This document shows, one piece after another, positions 6,774 through 15,580 of a DNA stretch of 17,410 nt. The first letter of the stretch is position 1. Each line of letters starts with the position of its first letter. The translations under genes were made by a program, and so were the position numbers. The DNA lies in IMG/VR virus record IMGVR_UViG_2690316099_000011, one strand, 5' to 3'. The notes beneath the pieces are model-generated. The model saw only the letters and a program-made list of their open reading frames with translations, searched no databases and was not told where the DNA came from. The DNA comes from a virus (lineage: Duplodnaviria; Heunggongvirae; Uroviricota; Caudoviricetes).

Positions 6774-8088
6774 TTTAGGTTATGCCGCCACGCTTCCCTC
6801 AAAAGAGGCGGTGGCATACTTCCGCGCCAAAGGGGAGCATATCAGCTGGAACTGGTTCGAAACAGACGCGGATGTTCATGCCCGTTCATTCACGGCGGCA
6901 AAAGTGGCACGCCTGGACGTACTGACCACACTACAGGCGGAAGTGCAGCGTGCTGTTGATGAGGGCATTTCACAGAAAGCATTTATCCGCACGCTGACAC
7001 CCCGCCTGCAAAAGCTGGGATGGTGGGGAAAGCAGATTGTGGTGGACAGTGCAGGGAACGCGGAAGAAGTGCAGCTTGGCAGCCCCCGCCGTCTGGCGCT
7101 GATTTACAACGTGAACACCCGTGTGGCTTACAATGCCGGGCGTTACACGCAGATGATGAACAACACGGACACGCATCCGTTCTGGCAGTATGTGGCGGTG
7201 ATGGACAGCCGCACCCGCCCGGCACATTCCGCCCTTAACGGGCTGGTATTCCGCTATGATGATCCGTTCTGGAATACTCACTACCCGCCCAATGGCTGGA
7301 ACTGTCGCTGCCGTGTGCGGCCATTGTCTCAGGCCCGTCTGGATGCAATGGGGTTATCCGTTTCATCCGGTGAGGATCATCTCTCCACCCGCAATGTTGA
7401 GGCTGGCGTGGATAAACAGACCGGAGAAGTCAGAGAAATGCCGGTGACCACATATTCAGATGGCACCAGAACCATGACACCGGATGTGGGCTGGTCATAT
7501 AACCCCGGCTCGGCAGCGTTCGGCACAGACCAGGCGCTGATCCGCAAACTGATCGAGGTGAAAAGCCCGGCGTTACGGGAAATGGTGGTTCAGGAGATGA
7601 ACAACAGCCCGGAGCGGCAGCTGGCGTTCCGCATCTGGGCAAAAAACATCATGCAGACCCGGCGAGGTGGTAACGATATCCGCACGCTGGGCTTTATGAC
7701 TGAAAGCATTGCGCAGGCAGTGGAAAGCCGGACGGGAACGCCACCGGCCCGCCTGCTGGCGATGAGCGGTAAAAATGTGCTCCATGCAGACAGTGTGAAA
7801 CATCAGAATGACGGCATCGCCCTGATGCCAGAGGACTTCGGGCGCTTACCGGCAATGCTGGCAAAGCCAAAAGCGGTGCTGTGGGACAAACGGCACAACA
7901 ATCTGATGTATATCGTGGAAAATAAGGATGGCAGTGTGCAGATTGCCGTTAATGCACCGTACAGTCTGAAACGTCAGCCCGACAAACTGGATGTGATTGT
8001 GAATGCTTACCGGGTTATCAATATGGATAAGCTGAAATCGGATATCCGGGGCGGAATGCTTGAGGTGCTGGAAGGACAAATTGATTAA
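6757..8088 (+). CDS. Head morphogenesis protein, MuF family (Mu gp30/F-like)
   Basis: 443-aa ORF overlapping the portal stop by 17 nt; central region (RLALIYNVNTRVAYNAGRYTQMM...NGWNCRCRV) matches the MuF/SPP1 gp7 domain pattern as I recall it. Confidence 0.85.
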   Translation: MTQGIDLGYAATLPSKEAVAYFRAKGEHISWNWFETDADVHARSFTAAKVARLDVLTTLQAEVQRAVDEGISQKAFIRTLTPRLQKLGWWGKQIVVDSAGNAEEVQLGSPRRLALIYNVNTRVAYNAGRYTQMMNNTDTHPFWQYVAVMDSRTRPAHSALNGLVFRYDDPFWNTHYPPNGWNCRCRVRPLSQARLDAMGLSVSSGEDHLSTRNVEAGVDKQTGEVREMPVTTYSDGTRTMTPDVGWSYNPGSAAFGTDQALIRKLIEVKSPALREMVVQEMNNSPERQLAFRIWAKNIMQTRRGGNDIRTLGFMTESIAQAVESRTGTPPARLLAMSGKNVLHADSVKHQNDGIALMPEDFGRLPAMLAKPKAVLWDKRHNNLMYIVENKDGSVQIAVNAPYSLKRQPDKLDVIVNAYRVINMDKLKSDIRGGMLEVLEGQID

Positions 8089-8243
8089 CGGTCAGTGGCG
8101 GGGGTCGAACCCNNNNNNNNNNNNNNNNNNNNNNNNNNNNNNNNNNNNNNNNNNNNNNNNNNNNNNNNNNGGCACCGACTTTACCAGTTAAGCGTACACT
8201 GACCGCCTGTTTATTTTATATTCATCTTTTATGCGGAGGCAAT

Positions 8244-8769
8244 ATGTCATCCATTGATGCGGCGGTCGTGGTGGACGTTGCGCGTCTCCAGCGGGTCTTT
8301 GCCCGGCTTCAGNNNNNNNNNNNNNNNNNNNNNNNNNNNNNNNNNNNNNNNNNNNNNNNNNNNNNNNNNNNNNNNNNNNNNNNNNNNNNNNNNNNNNNNN
8401 NNNNNNNNNNNNNNNNNNNNNNNNNNNNNNNNNNNNNNNNNNNNNNNNNNNNNNNNNNNNNNNNNNNNNNNNNNNNNNNNNNNNNNNNNNNNNNNNNNNN
8501 NNNNNNNNNNNNNNNNNNNNNNNNNNNNNNNNNNNNNNNNNNNNNNNNNNNNNNNNNNNNNNNNNNNNNCGGATTATGGCGATACCTGGGCGCTGATTGG
8601 ATCAAATGAACCTTATGCAGCCATTCATCAGTGGGGGGGCCTGCCTGGTATGCCACCGGGACCGGCGGCCATTGGCGCACGTCCGTATATGGGCTTTGAT
8701 CAGGTGGCAGAACAGGAGATCATGGACGAAATCAGAAAACGCTTTAAAAAGGCCACAGAAACGCCGTAA
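8244..8769 (+). CDS. Mu G-like protein (gp31 position), interrupted by an N-run at 8313-8569
   Basis: ATG 8244 with GGAGG 5 nt upstream; N-terminus MSSIDAAVVVDVARLQRVFARLQ and a C-terminal segment ending at TAA 8767-8769 are in different frames across the gap, so the gap length is not exact. Confidence 0.55.
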
Positions 8770-8893
8770 TGGTTTAAGGTATACAAACGCATTACCTTAC
8801 CCTCTTCAGGCGCGTGTCGTGATTTTCTAACCTGTATTTAACGGGCTTTAAAATCTGCGTGAAGCGCCTTTCTCATTTTTCCCCTGTCAGCAC

Positions 8894-8921
8894 TTTCTGA
8901 AGTCCCGCAAAACCTGCCCCG
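8894..8921 (+). promoter_or_regulatory. Putative activator-dependent late promoter element (PI-like), copy 2 of the conserved motif TTTCTGAagtCCCGCAAAaCCTGCCCcg
   Basis: 22/28 identity with 621-648; lies 26 nt upstream of the protease/scaffold ATG in the only sizeable intergenic gap (8770-8946) of the head gene block. Confidence 0.4.
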
Positions 8922-8946
8922 AAAAACACCGGCTTATGCTGCCGGA

Positions 8947-10071
8947 ATGAAGACGAAAAACACGCCCAAACTTGCTTATGCCATTCTGAATGCCATCAGC
9001 CTGTCCGCAGACGGGGACGGTGACTGGTGTCAGATCATGCCAGCCGGTCGGGTAAAGGCCCGTGACGGTCGCCCGGAAAAACCGGAGGAAGGCTGGCTGA
9101 TTAACCATGCGGCCGTTGAGCGTATGGTATCCGGGGTCGTGGCACTCAATCAGCCGGTGAAGATTGACTATAACCACCAGTCACTGATTGAGGGGCATGC
9201 GGCACCGGCTGCCGGTTTTGTCATGGCCTCGCCGGAGAACTTCCGTTTCAGTGAAGAGCGGGGTTTTGAAGTGCGTCCGAAGTGGAACCCTCCGGCCATT
9301 GAACACCTGCGCAATAACGAATTTCCCTGGTTTTCCCCGGTGATTGGTTATGACGAAATCACCGGTGAACCTGTTGAGCTTCGGATGCTGGCTATTACCG
9401 GTGACCCCGGTCTGACTGGCATGAATCCTGTCGCCGCACTGTCGGCGGATGACCTTTATAACGCCTTAAACCCTCCTTTAAAGGACACCTCCATGAATGA
9501 GCAATTACGCCAGTTGCTGACGGCGCTCGGTCTGACCGTGGCCGACGGTGACGAATTTACACCGGAACTGGGCACGGCGGCGCTGTCTGCCCTTACCGGG
9601 ATCAAAACCCGTGCGGATGCGCACGACACCCTGAAAACGCAGGTTGCCAGCCTGTCGGCAGAGCTGGAAACCGCAAAAGGCACACCAACTGGCGGCACTA
9701 TTGATCTGACGAAATACGTGCCCGTTGAGACGTATAACGCCCTGCGTACCGAATATGTCGCGCTGTCGGCACAGCACGGCAGCACCACGCTGGAGCAGTT
9801 GCTGGATAAGGCTGAGTCCGAAGGACGCATTTTCAAAAGCGAACGCGGATACATGGAAGGACTCGGACAACAGATTGGCGTTACAGCACTTTCTGCACAG
9901 CTTGACGCCCGCCAGCCGGTTGCGGCTCTGACCACTCTTCAGACCGACACCGTGACCGTGCCGGATAAAAAGACCGCCACTGCTGTGCTGTCGGCTGAAG
10001 ATATCGCCGCCGCCCATCTGCTGGGTAAAACCGAAGCCGAGTTCCTGAAAATGAAAGAGGAAATGCAATAA
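8947..10071 (+). CDS. Head maturation protease / scaffold protein (Mu gpI/gp32-like)
   Basis: 374-aa ORF between the G-like gene and the major head gene; N-terminal half globular, C-terminal half Ala/Leu/Thr-rich and helical, scaffold-like. Confidence 0.8.
   Translation: MKTKNTPKLAYAILNAISLSADGDGDWCQIMPAGRVKARDGRPEKPEEGWLINHAAVERMVSGVVALNQPVKIDYNHQSLIEGHAAPAAGFVMASPENFRFSEERGFEVRPKWNPPAIEHLRNNEFPWFSPVIGYDEITGEPVELRMLAITGDPGLTGMNPVAALSADDLYNALNPPLKDTSMNEQLRQLLTALGLTVADGDEFTPELGTAALSALTGIKTRADAHDTLKTQVASLSAELETAKGTPTGGTIDLTKYVPVETYNALRTEYVALSAQHGSTTLEQLLDKAESEGRIFKSERGYMEGLGQQIGVTALSAQLDARQPVAALTTLQTDTVTVPDKKTATAVLSAEDIAAAHLLGKTEAEFLKMKEEMQ
9493..10071 (+). CDS. Possible in-frame nested scaffold protein (Mu Z-like) from an internal start in the protease gene
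   Basis: Internal ATG at 9493 preceded by AAGGA at the boundary between the globular and helical halves; Mu is known to express a scaffold from an internal start of gene I. Confidence 0.35.
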   Translation: MNEQLRQLLTALGLTVADGDEFTPELGTAALSALTGIKTRADAHDTLKTQVASLSAELETAKGTPTGGTIDLTKYVPVETYNALRTEYVALSAQHGSTTLEQLLDKAESEGRIFKSERGYMEGLGQQIGVTALSAQLDARQPVAALTTLQTDTVTVPDKKTATAVLSAEDIAAAHLLGKTEAEFLKMKEEMQ

Positions 10072-11018
10072 TGCCTACCCCGATTACACCGGCGATGATC
10101 ACCGCCCTGATGACGGGCTACCGTTCTGATTTTCAGGCCGGGATGTCCATGGCTCCGTCGCAGTACCAGAAAATTGCGATGACCGTACCGTCCACGTCGA
10201 AATCCAACACCTACGGCTGGCTTGGGCAGTTCCCGCAGTTCCGTGAGTGGATCGGCTCCCGCGTCATCGAGAAGATGAAAGCCTATGGCTACGCCATCGT
10301 GAACAAAACCTTCGAAGGCACCGTCGCCATTAGCCGCGATGACTTCGAAGACGACAATCTTGGCATCTACTCCCCATTGTTCCAGGAGATGGGGCGCGCT
10401 GCGGCGGCACAACCGGATGAACTGGTCTTTGCTGCACTGCGTGACGGGATCAGTGCGGCCTGCTATGACGGCCAGAACTTCTTTGATACCGAACACCCGG
10501 TTTACCCCAAAGTGGATGGCTCCGGGGATGCACAGATGGTCAGCAATATGTTTGTGGCAAAAACCGGCTCTGTCGGTGCACAGGCGGATTACAGTGGCCC
10601 GGCCTGGTATCTGCTCGACTGCTCCCGCGCGGTAAAACCGCTGATTTACCAGGATCGCCGCAAGGCCGAACTGGTTGCCCAGACAAAAGTCGATGAAGGC
10701 CGTGCGTTTACTGATAACGAGTTTGTGTTCGGTGCTTCCGCCCGTCGCAATGTGGGCTACGGCTTCTGGCAGATGGCCTACATGATGCAGTCACCGCTGA
10801 CGCTGGATGCGCTGTGGCACGGCTGGTCAGCCATGCGTGACTTTAAGGCTGACGGTGGCCGCAAACTCGGCATCAAACCCACCCATATTGTTGTCCCCAC
10901 TTCGCTGGAAAAACAGGCGGTGCAGCTGCTGGAGCGCGAGCTGTTCGCGGACGGTAACGCCACAGTCTCTAACGAGATGAAGGGCAAGCTGGAGCTGGTT
11001 GTCGCGGATTATCTGTAA
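10071..11018 (+). CDS. Major head (capsid) subunit (Mu gpT/gp34-like)
   Basis: 315-aa ORF whose ATG overlaps the protease/scaffold stop (TAATG); size and position as for Mu T; followed by a GC-rich hairpin. Confidence 0.88.
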   Translation: MPTPITPAMITALMTGYRSDFQAGMSMAPSQYQKIAMTVPSTSKSNTYGWLGQFPQFREWIGSRVIEKMKAYGYAIVNKTFEGTVAISRDDFEDDNLGIYSPLFQEMGRAAAAQPDELVFAALRDGISAACYDGQNFFDTEHPVYPKVDGSGDAQMVSNMFVAKTGSVGAQADYSGPAWYLLDCSRAVKPLIYQDRRKAELVAQTKVDEGRAFTDNEFVFGASARRNVGYGFWQMAYMMQSPLTLDALWHGWSAMRDFKADGGRKLGIKPTHIVVPTSLEKQAVQLLERELFADGNATVSNEMKGKLELVVADYL

Positions 11019-11025
11019 ACGGTGA

Positions 11026-11044
11026 GCCGGGCTTACGGCCCGGC
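11026..11044 (+). other. GC-rich hairpin (GCCGGGC/GCCCGGC, 5-nt loop) directly after the major capsid gene, no T-tract
   Basis: Perfect 7-bp inverted repeat read from the sequence, lying between the capsid stop and the Shine-Dalgarno of the next gene. Confidence 0.4.
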
Positions 11045-11061
11045 CCCTGCGGAGGGCAAAT

Positions 11062-11421
11062 ATGAATGAACATCACACTGTGGCAGCAACAGATGATTCA
11101 GGCCTTCAGGTCAGTGGTGACAGTCCTGTCACGGTACTGGCAGAAGTGCGTTGCAGTCGTACGCATTTTCGTCGTGCGGGGTTCCTGTTCATGCGGGGAC
11201 GCCAGCAGGTTGACGTCACCCCGGAGCAGCTTGCCCGACTGGAAGCGGAGCCATGCCTCACTGTACGAATACTACAGACGCCTGGTGATGATGCGGGAGC
11301 CGTGGCGGGTGTGGTTCATGCAGAGACCGGTGCAGATTTAGCCGAAGCCGAAACCGTACAGGATGCTCCCCGGAAAAAGACCGGCAATAACGCCAGACAG
11401 GCAAAAAAGGCGCGCGCATGA
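11062..11421 (+). CDS. Hypothetical protein (Mu gp35 position) with a basic Lys/Arg/Ala-rich C-terminal tail
   Basis: ATG 11062 with GGAGGG 5 nt upstream; C-terminus PRKKTGNNARQAKKARA; stop overlaps the next ATG. Confidence 0.55.
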   Translation: MNEHHTVAATDDSGLQVSGDSPVTVLAEVRCSRTHFRRAGFLFMRGRQQVDVTPEQLARLEAEPCLTVRILQTPGDDAGAVAGVVHAETGADLAEAETVQDAPRKKTGNNARQAKKARA

Positions 11422-11872
11422 ATTACGCCACCGAAACCGATATGCGGGCACGTTACCGCGAGGATTTGCTCAGGCCATTACTGGCCGTGCCCCGTTCGGA
11501 TGAACCGGACACGCGCAAGCTGAACCGGGCACTGACGGACGCGTCTGCCCTTATCGACAGCTATCTGTCTTCCCGTTACACGCTGCCGCTGGCGGTGGTT
11601 CCGGCGGTTCTTGTTCAGCACTGCTGCACGATTGCCTTTTATTACCTGTGCGATCAGCGGGCATCCGATCAGGCGCGTGACCGTTACCGTGAGGCGCTGG
11701 CCTGGCTGAAAGACGTCATGAACGGCAATGTGCCGGTCGGCGTGGATACCGACGGTGCGGCCCCTGNNNNNNNNNNNNNNNNNNNNNNNNNNNNNNNNNN
11801 NNNNNNNNNNATTTACCGCAGGTGCAGTCTGATGCGGCGGTGTTCGGGCGCAACCAGAAGGGCTTTATATGA
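11418..11872 (+). CDS. Mu gp36-like protein (DUF1320 family), interrupted by an N-run at 11767-11810
   Basis: N-terminal 116 aa in a clear ORF; C-terminal segment ...VFGRNQKGFI* ends at TGA 11870-11872 overlapping the next ATG; the frame differs across the N-run. Confidence 0.6.
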
Positions 11873-11881
11873 TTACGGAAA
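11869..11881 (+). CDS. 5' end of the next head/tail-joining gene (Mu gp37 position); the remainder lies in the N-run at 11882-12875
   Basis: ATG 11869 overlapping the upstream stop (ATGA); only MITETEQ is visible before the masked stretch. Confidence 0.35.
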
Positions 11882-12877
11882 CCGAACAGGCNNNNNNNNN
11901 NNNNNNNNNNNNNNNNNNNNNNNNNNNNNNNNNNNNNNNNNNNNNNNNNNNNNNNNNNNNNNNNNNNNNNNNNNNNNNNNNNNNNNNNNNNNNNNNNNNN
12001 NNNNNNNNNNNNNNNNNNNNNNNNNNNNNNNNNNNNNNNNNNNNNNNNNNNNNNNNNNNNNNNNNNNNNNNNNNNNNNNNNNNNNNNNNNNNNNNNNNNN
12101 NNNNNNNNNNNNNNNNNNNNNNNNNNNNNNNNNNNNNNNNNNNNNNNNNNNNNNNNNNNNNNNNNNNNNNNNNNNNNNNNNNNNNNNNNNNNNNNNNNNN
12201 NNNNNNNNNNNNNNNNNNNNNNNNNNNNNNNNNNNNNNNNNNNNNNNNNNNNNNNNNNNNNNNNNNNNNNNNNNNNNNNNNNNNNNNNNNNNNNNNNNNN
12301 NNNNNNNNNNNNNNNNNNNNNNNNNNNNNNNNNNNNNNNNNNNNNNNNNNNNNNNNNNNNNNNNNNNNNNNNNNNNNNNNNNNNNNNNNNNNNNNNNNNN
12401 NNNNNNNNNNNNNNNNNNNNNNNNNNNNNNNNNNNNNNNNNNNNNNNNNNNNNNNNNNNNNNNNNNNNNNNNNNNNNNNNNNNNNNNNNNNNNNNNNNNN
12501 NNNNNNNNNNNNNNNNNNNNNNNNNNNNNNNNNNNNNNNNNNNNNNNNNNNNNNNNNNNNNNNNNNNNNNNNNNNNNNNNNNNNNNNNNNNNNNNNNNNN
12601 NNNNNNNNNNNNNNNNNNNNNNNNNNNNNNNNNNNNNNNNNNNNNNNNNNNNNNNNNNNNNNNNNNNNNNNNNNNNNNNNNNNNNNNNNNNNNNNNNNNN
12701 NNNNNNNNNNNNNNNNNNNNNNNNNNNNNNNNNNNNNNNNNNNNNNNNNNNNNNNNNNNNNNNNNNNNNNNNNNNNNNNNNNNNNNNNNNNNNNNNNNNN
12801 NNNNNNNNNNNNNNNNNNNNNNNNNNNNNNNNNNNNNNNNNNNNNNNNNNNNNNNNNNNNNNNNNNNNNNNNNNNCG

Positions 12878-12949
12878 GCAGCAGAAAAACCTGCGACTGA
12901 AAAACCCGCGACTGAAAAACCCGCAGCATCAGACAAGGGGACGTCCTGA
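12878..12949 (+). CDS. 3' end of a gene (Mu gp38 position) with a C-terminal EKPAT repeat tail
   Basis: Frame AAEKPATEKPATEKPAASDKGTS* ends at TGA 12947-12949, which overlaps the sheath ATG; the upstream part is masked. Confidence 0.4.
   Translation, partial: AAEKPATEKPATEKPAASDKGTS
12884..12928 (+). repeat. Three tandem copies of a 15-nt unit (GAAAAACCYGCGACT) encoding the EKPAT repeats
   Basis: Direct tandem repeat read from the sequence; it may continue into the upstream N-run. Confidence 0.6.
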
Positions 12950-14585
12950 TGATTAACTTTGATTATATCGGCGATAACAATCGCATTCCGCTGGTACAGA
13001 TTGAAATCAATAATTCAATGGCCGTGACCGGCACTCCACCACAGCGTCAGGCGGTACTGTTGTTTGGTCAGGCTGCAATGAAAGACACCACCATTCAGGG
13101 GCGCGGTCAGCTTGATGTACCAGTACGTATTACCCGAGCTTCACAAGCAAGAGAACTCTGGGGGCGAGGTTCCATGATTGCACTGATGGTAGAGGAATTT
13201 ATCGCCATTAACCCTGACACAGAGTTATATGCCATTGCACAGGGGGCTGGAACAGGTCAGTCCAGGGCATGCGTGATGAATATCATTGGAACAGCATTGG
13301 CAGACGGGGTGTTAAGTGTTTACATCGGCGGTCGCCGTTACCTCCTGCCCGTCAGTAAGGGGAAAAAAGGTAAAGAGCTTGTGGAAGAGCTGGCTAAGGT
13401 CATTAACGCTGACACTGATGCGCCATTCACTGCTATCGCAGCTGAAGTCAGTGGTGATAATGCTGAAGGACTTAAAGGGAGCATGGGGGTTAACGCCCGC
13501 TTTATCGGTGAATGCTCAGCTCATGATTTACGGGTGAACTATTATGACGGTGAAACTACACCGGCCGGTCTTACGCTGGAGCTCGTCGCGCCAACACAGA
13601 AGGCAACAAACCCCGATATCACCCGTAGCGTCTCAGGGATGGGGAATCGTCAGTACAACTACATCGTCATGCCCTATAAGGATGCGGCAAATCTCAAAAT
13701 TCTGGCGGATGAACTGCTGAAACGCTGGGGACCGGTAAAAATGTCGGACGGTATGGTCTGGATGGCGCATACCGGCACCTTCGGTACGGCAACCAGTTTT
13801 GGTGAATCCCGTAATGACTTCCTGTTTACCTGCACTTCTATTCCTAAAGCACCAGAGCCGGATTATGTCTGGGCGGCCTCCATTTNNNNNNNNNNNNNNN
13901 NNNNNNNNNNNNNNNNNNNNNNNNNNNNNNNNNNNNNNNNNNNNNNNNNNNNNNNNNNNNNNNNNNNNNNNNNNNNNNNNNNNNNNNNNNNNNNNNNNNN
14001 NNNNNNNNNNNNNNNNNNNNNNNNNNNNNNGCGCCCTCCCTGTCAACGGATCCGGCCCGACCATTACAGACACTGGCGCTGCCTGCCCGTATGGCACCTG
14101 AAGCACCGGCTCGTCTGACGCGGGAAGAGCGAAACAGCCTGCTTTATACCGGCATGTCCACGGTGACCGTTGCGGCCGCTGATGTGGTGCAGATTGAACG
14201 TCAGGTGACGATGTACCGTCAGAATGCATACGGCGAAAGCGATCCCAGCTATCTGGATGTAGAAACCATCTACACCCTGTCATATCTGCGTTATTCCCTG
14301 CGCACCTTTATCACGCAGCGTTTCCCGCGCCACAAACTGGCCGATAACGGTACTCCCGTCCGGCCCGGTCAGAATATCGTGACGCCGGAGATTATGACGC
14401 TCCAGCTGATTGCACTGGGGGAAGAATGGGTGGAACTCGGGCTGGTCGAAAATCTGGACACCTTTAAAAAGAATCTGCTCGTGGAGCGCAACACAAAAGA
14501 CCGTAACCGTCTGGATGTGATGTGTACACCGGATCTGGTTAACCAGTTCCGCTTCATGGCCGCGCAGATCCGTTTCATTTTGTGA
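12949..14585 (+). CDS. Contractile tail sheath protein (Mu gpL/gp39-like), interrupted by an N-run at 13886-14030
   Basis: About 300-aa N-terminal part plus a 164-aa C-terminal part ending at 14585, directly upstream of the tail tube gene; size and position fit a sheath protein; the frame differs across the gap. Confidence 0.7.
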
Positions 14586-14593
14586 GGTAAGGC

Positions 14594-14959
14594 ATGAGCG
14601 GAAAACAGCATCAGGGCACGGCCACCATCCGTGTGAACGGACAGGAGTACGCCACCCTTGAGGGAGCCACGTTCTCCCCGTCCGGCTTTGAGCGTGAAGT
14701 GGTGAAAGGCGCGAAAGTCTATGGCTATCGTGAGAAACCCCGTGAGGCGACGCTGGACTGTAAATTTCCGGCTGGCGGAGAAGGTTCACCGGCTGCCGAT
14801 GAAATCAACACCTGGACTGCGGTCACGATTGAGTTCGTGGCCGATACCGGTGAAGTCCATATGATGACGAAGGCCTGGAGCAGTGAACCGGCCTCGCTTG
14901 ACGGTGGCGGTGATATCTCCGCGAAGTTCGCCAGCGCCACCAGTACCCGTGTCCAGTAA
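14594..14959 (+). CDS. Tail tube protein (Mu gpM/gp40-like)
   Basis: 121-aa ORF immediately after the sheath gene with GAGGTAAGG before the ATG; sheath-then-tube order is typical of myovirus tails. Confidence 0.7.
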   Translation: MSGKQHQGTATIRVNGQEYATLEGATFSPSGFEREVVKGAKVYGYREKPREATLDCKFPAGGEGSPAADEINTWTAVTIEFVADTGEVHMMTKAWSSEPASLDGGGDISAKFASATSTRVQ

Positions 14960-14973
14960 TCAGGAAAAATGCA

Positions 14974-15453
14974 ATGACCACACGTAAGAAAAAAACGGCG
15001 GTTTCTGACGAGGCCGTGATGGAGGCTATCCGGGATGTACTTGAAGACGGCGATCCCCGCACCGCCGGGCTGGCTGAACAGCTGGCGAACGGCTATGTGG
15101 ATCTGCTCGACGGTCTGCCGTTCGGGGAATCCCGTGAATACCGCGTCACCTTCCGCGAACTGACGGCGAAAGACAGCATTGACGCGGAAACCGAGGCCGA
15201 GCGTCTTATGGAAACCCGAAATGGCGGCCCGGTTCTGATAGCCTCGCCGGCACTGCGCGGCATTGCACTGCTGCGCCGTCAGATTGCCGCTGTTGGCCAG
15301 ATTGAGGGGCCATTGTCTCCGCGTCAGATCGGACAGCTCAGCGAGCGCGATCTCTCCCGTCTGATGGCGGCGGTAAGCCTGCTTGATTCCGCGATGGCAG
15401 GAAAGCTGGTCGCTGAACGGGGGCGACCAGATGCAGTGCCGGGATCAGATTGA
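14974..15453 (+). CDS. Tail assembly chaperone (Mu gp41 position)
   Basis: 159-aa acidic protein between the tube gene and the tape measure gene; its 3' end is overlapped by a +1-frame ORF that has no start of its own. Confidence 0.6.
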   Translation: MTTRKKKTAVSDEAVMEAIRDVLEDGDPRTAGLAEQLANGYVDLLDGLPFGESREYRVTFRELTAKDSIDAETEAERLMETRNGGPVLIASPALRGIALLRRQIAAVGQIEGPLSPRQIGQLSERDLSRLMAAVSLLDSAMAGKLVAERGRPDAVPGSD

Positions 15454-15577
15454 AGAAGCCGCAATTGTGCTGGGGATGGTGACAAAAAGCGGCCCGGAGT
15501 GGGCGCTTAACCTCCCTTTATCGCAGCTTTACCGGCACTGCCGACAGACCGAAAAAATTCTCAGAACGAAGCAGTAA
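15377..15577 (+). CDS. Putative frameshift extension of the tail chaperone (the T part of a G/GT-like pair), in the +1 frame
   Basis: Frame-2 ORF open from 15377 to TAA 15575-15577 with no ATG or Shine-Dalgarno, overlapping the last 77 nt of the chaperone gene and ending 3 nt before the tape measure ATG; the -1 frame is closed by stops. Confidence 0.35.
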   Translation, partial: ACLIPRWQESWSLNGGDQMQCRDQIEEAAIVLGMVTKSGPEWALNLPLSQLYRHCRQTEKILRTKQ

Positions 15578-15580
15578 CCC

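Noticed and set aside
8775-8799. AT-rich hairpin TAAGGTA-(11 nt)-TACCTTA after the G-like gene
   Set aside because: Weak AT-rich stem with a large loop and no T-tract; not convincing as a terminator, and the nearby conserved motif is a better regulatory candidate.
9505-10496. Minus-strand ORFs of 187, 159 and 185 aa inside the protease/scaffold and major capsid genes
   Set aside because: Antisense artefacts within strongly supported + strand genes.
11716-12936. Long ORFs on both strands consisting mostly of X residues
   Set aside because: Artefacts of translating through the N-run at 11882-12875; only the flanking real sequence was used for partial features.
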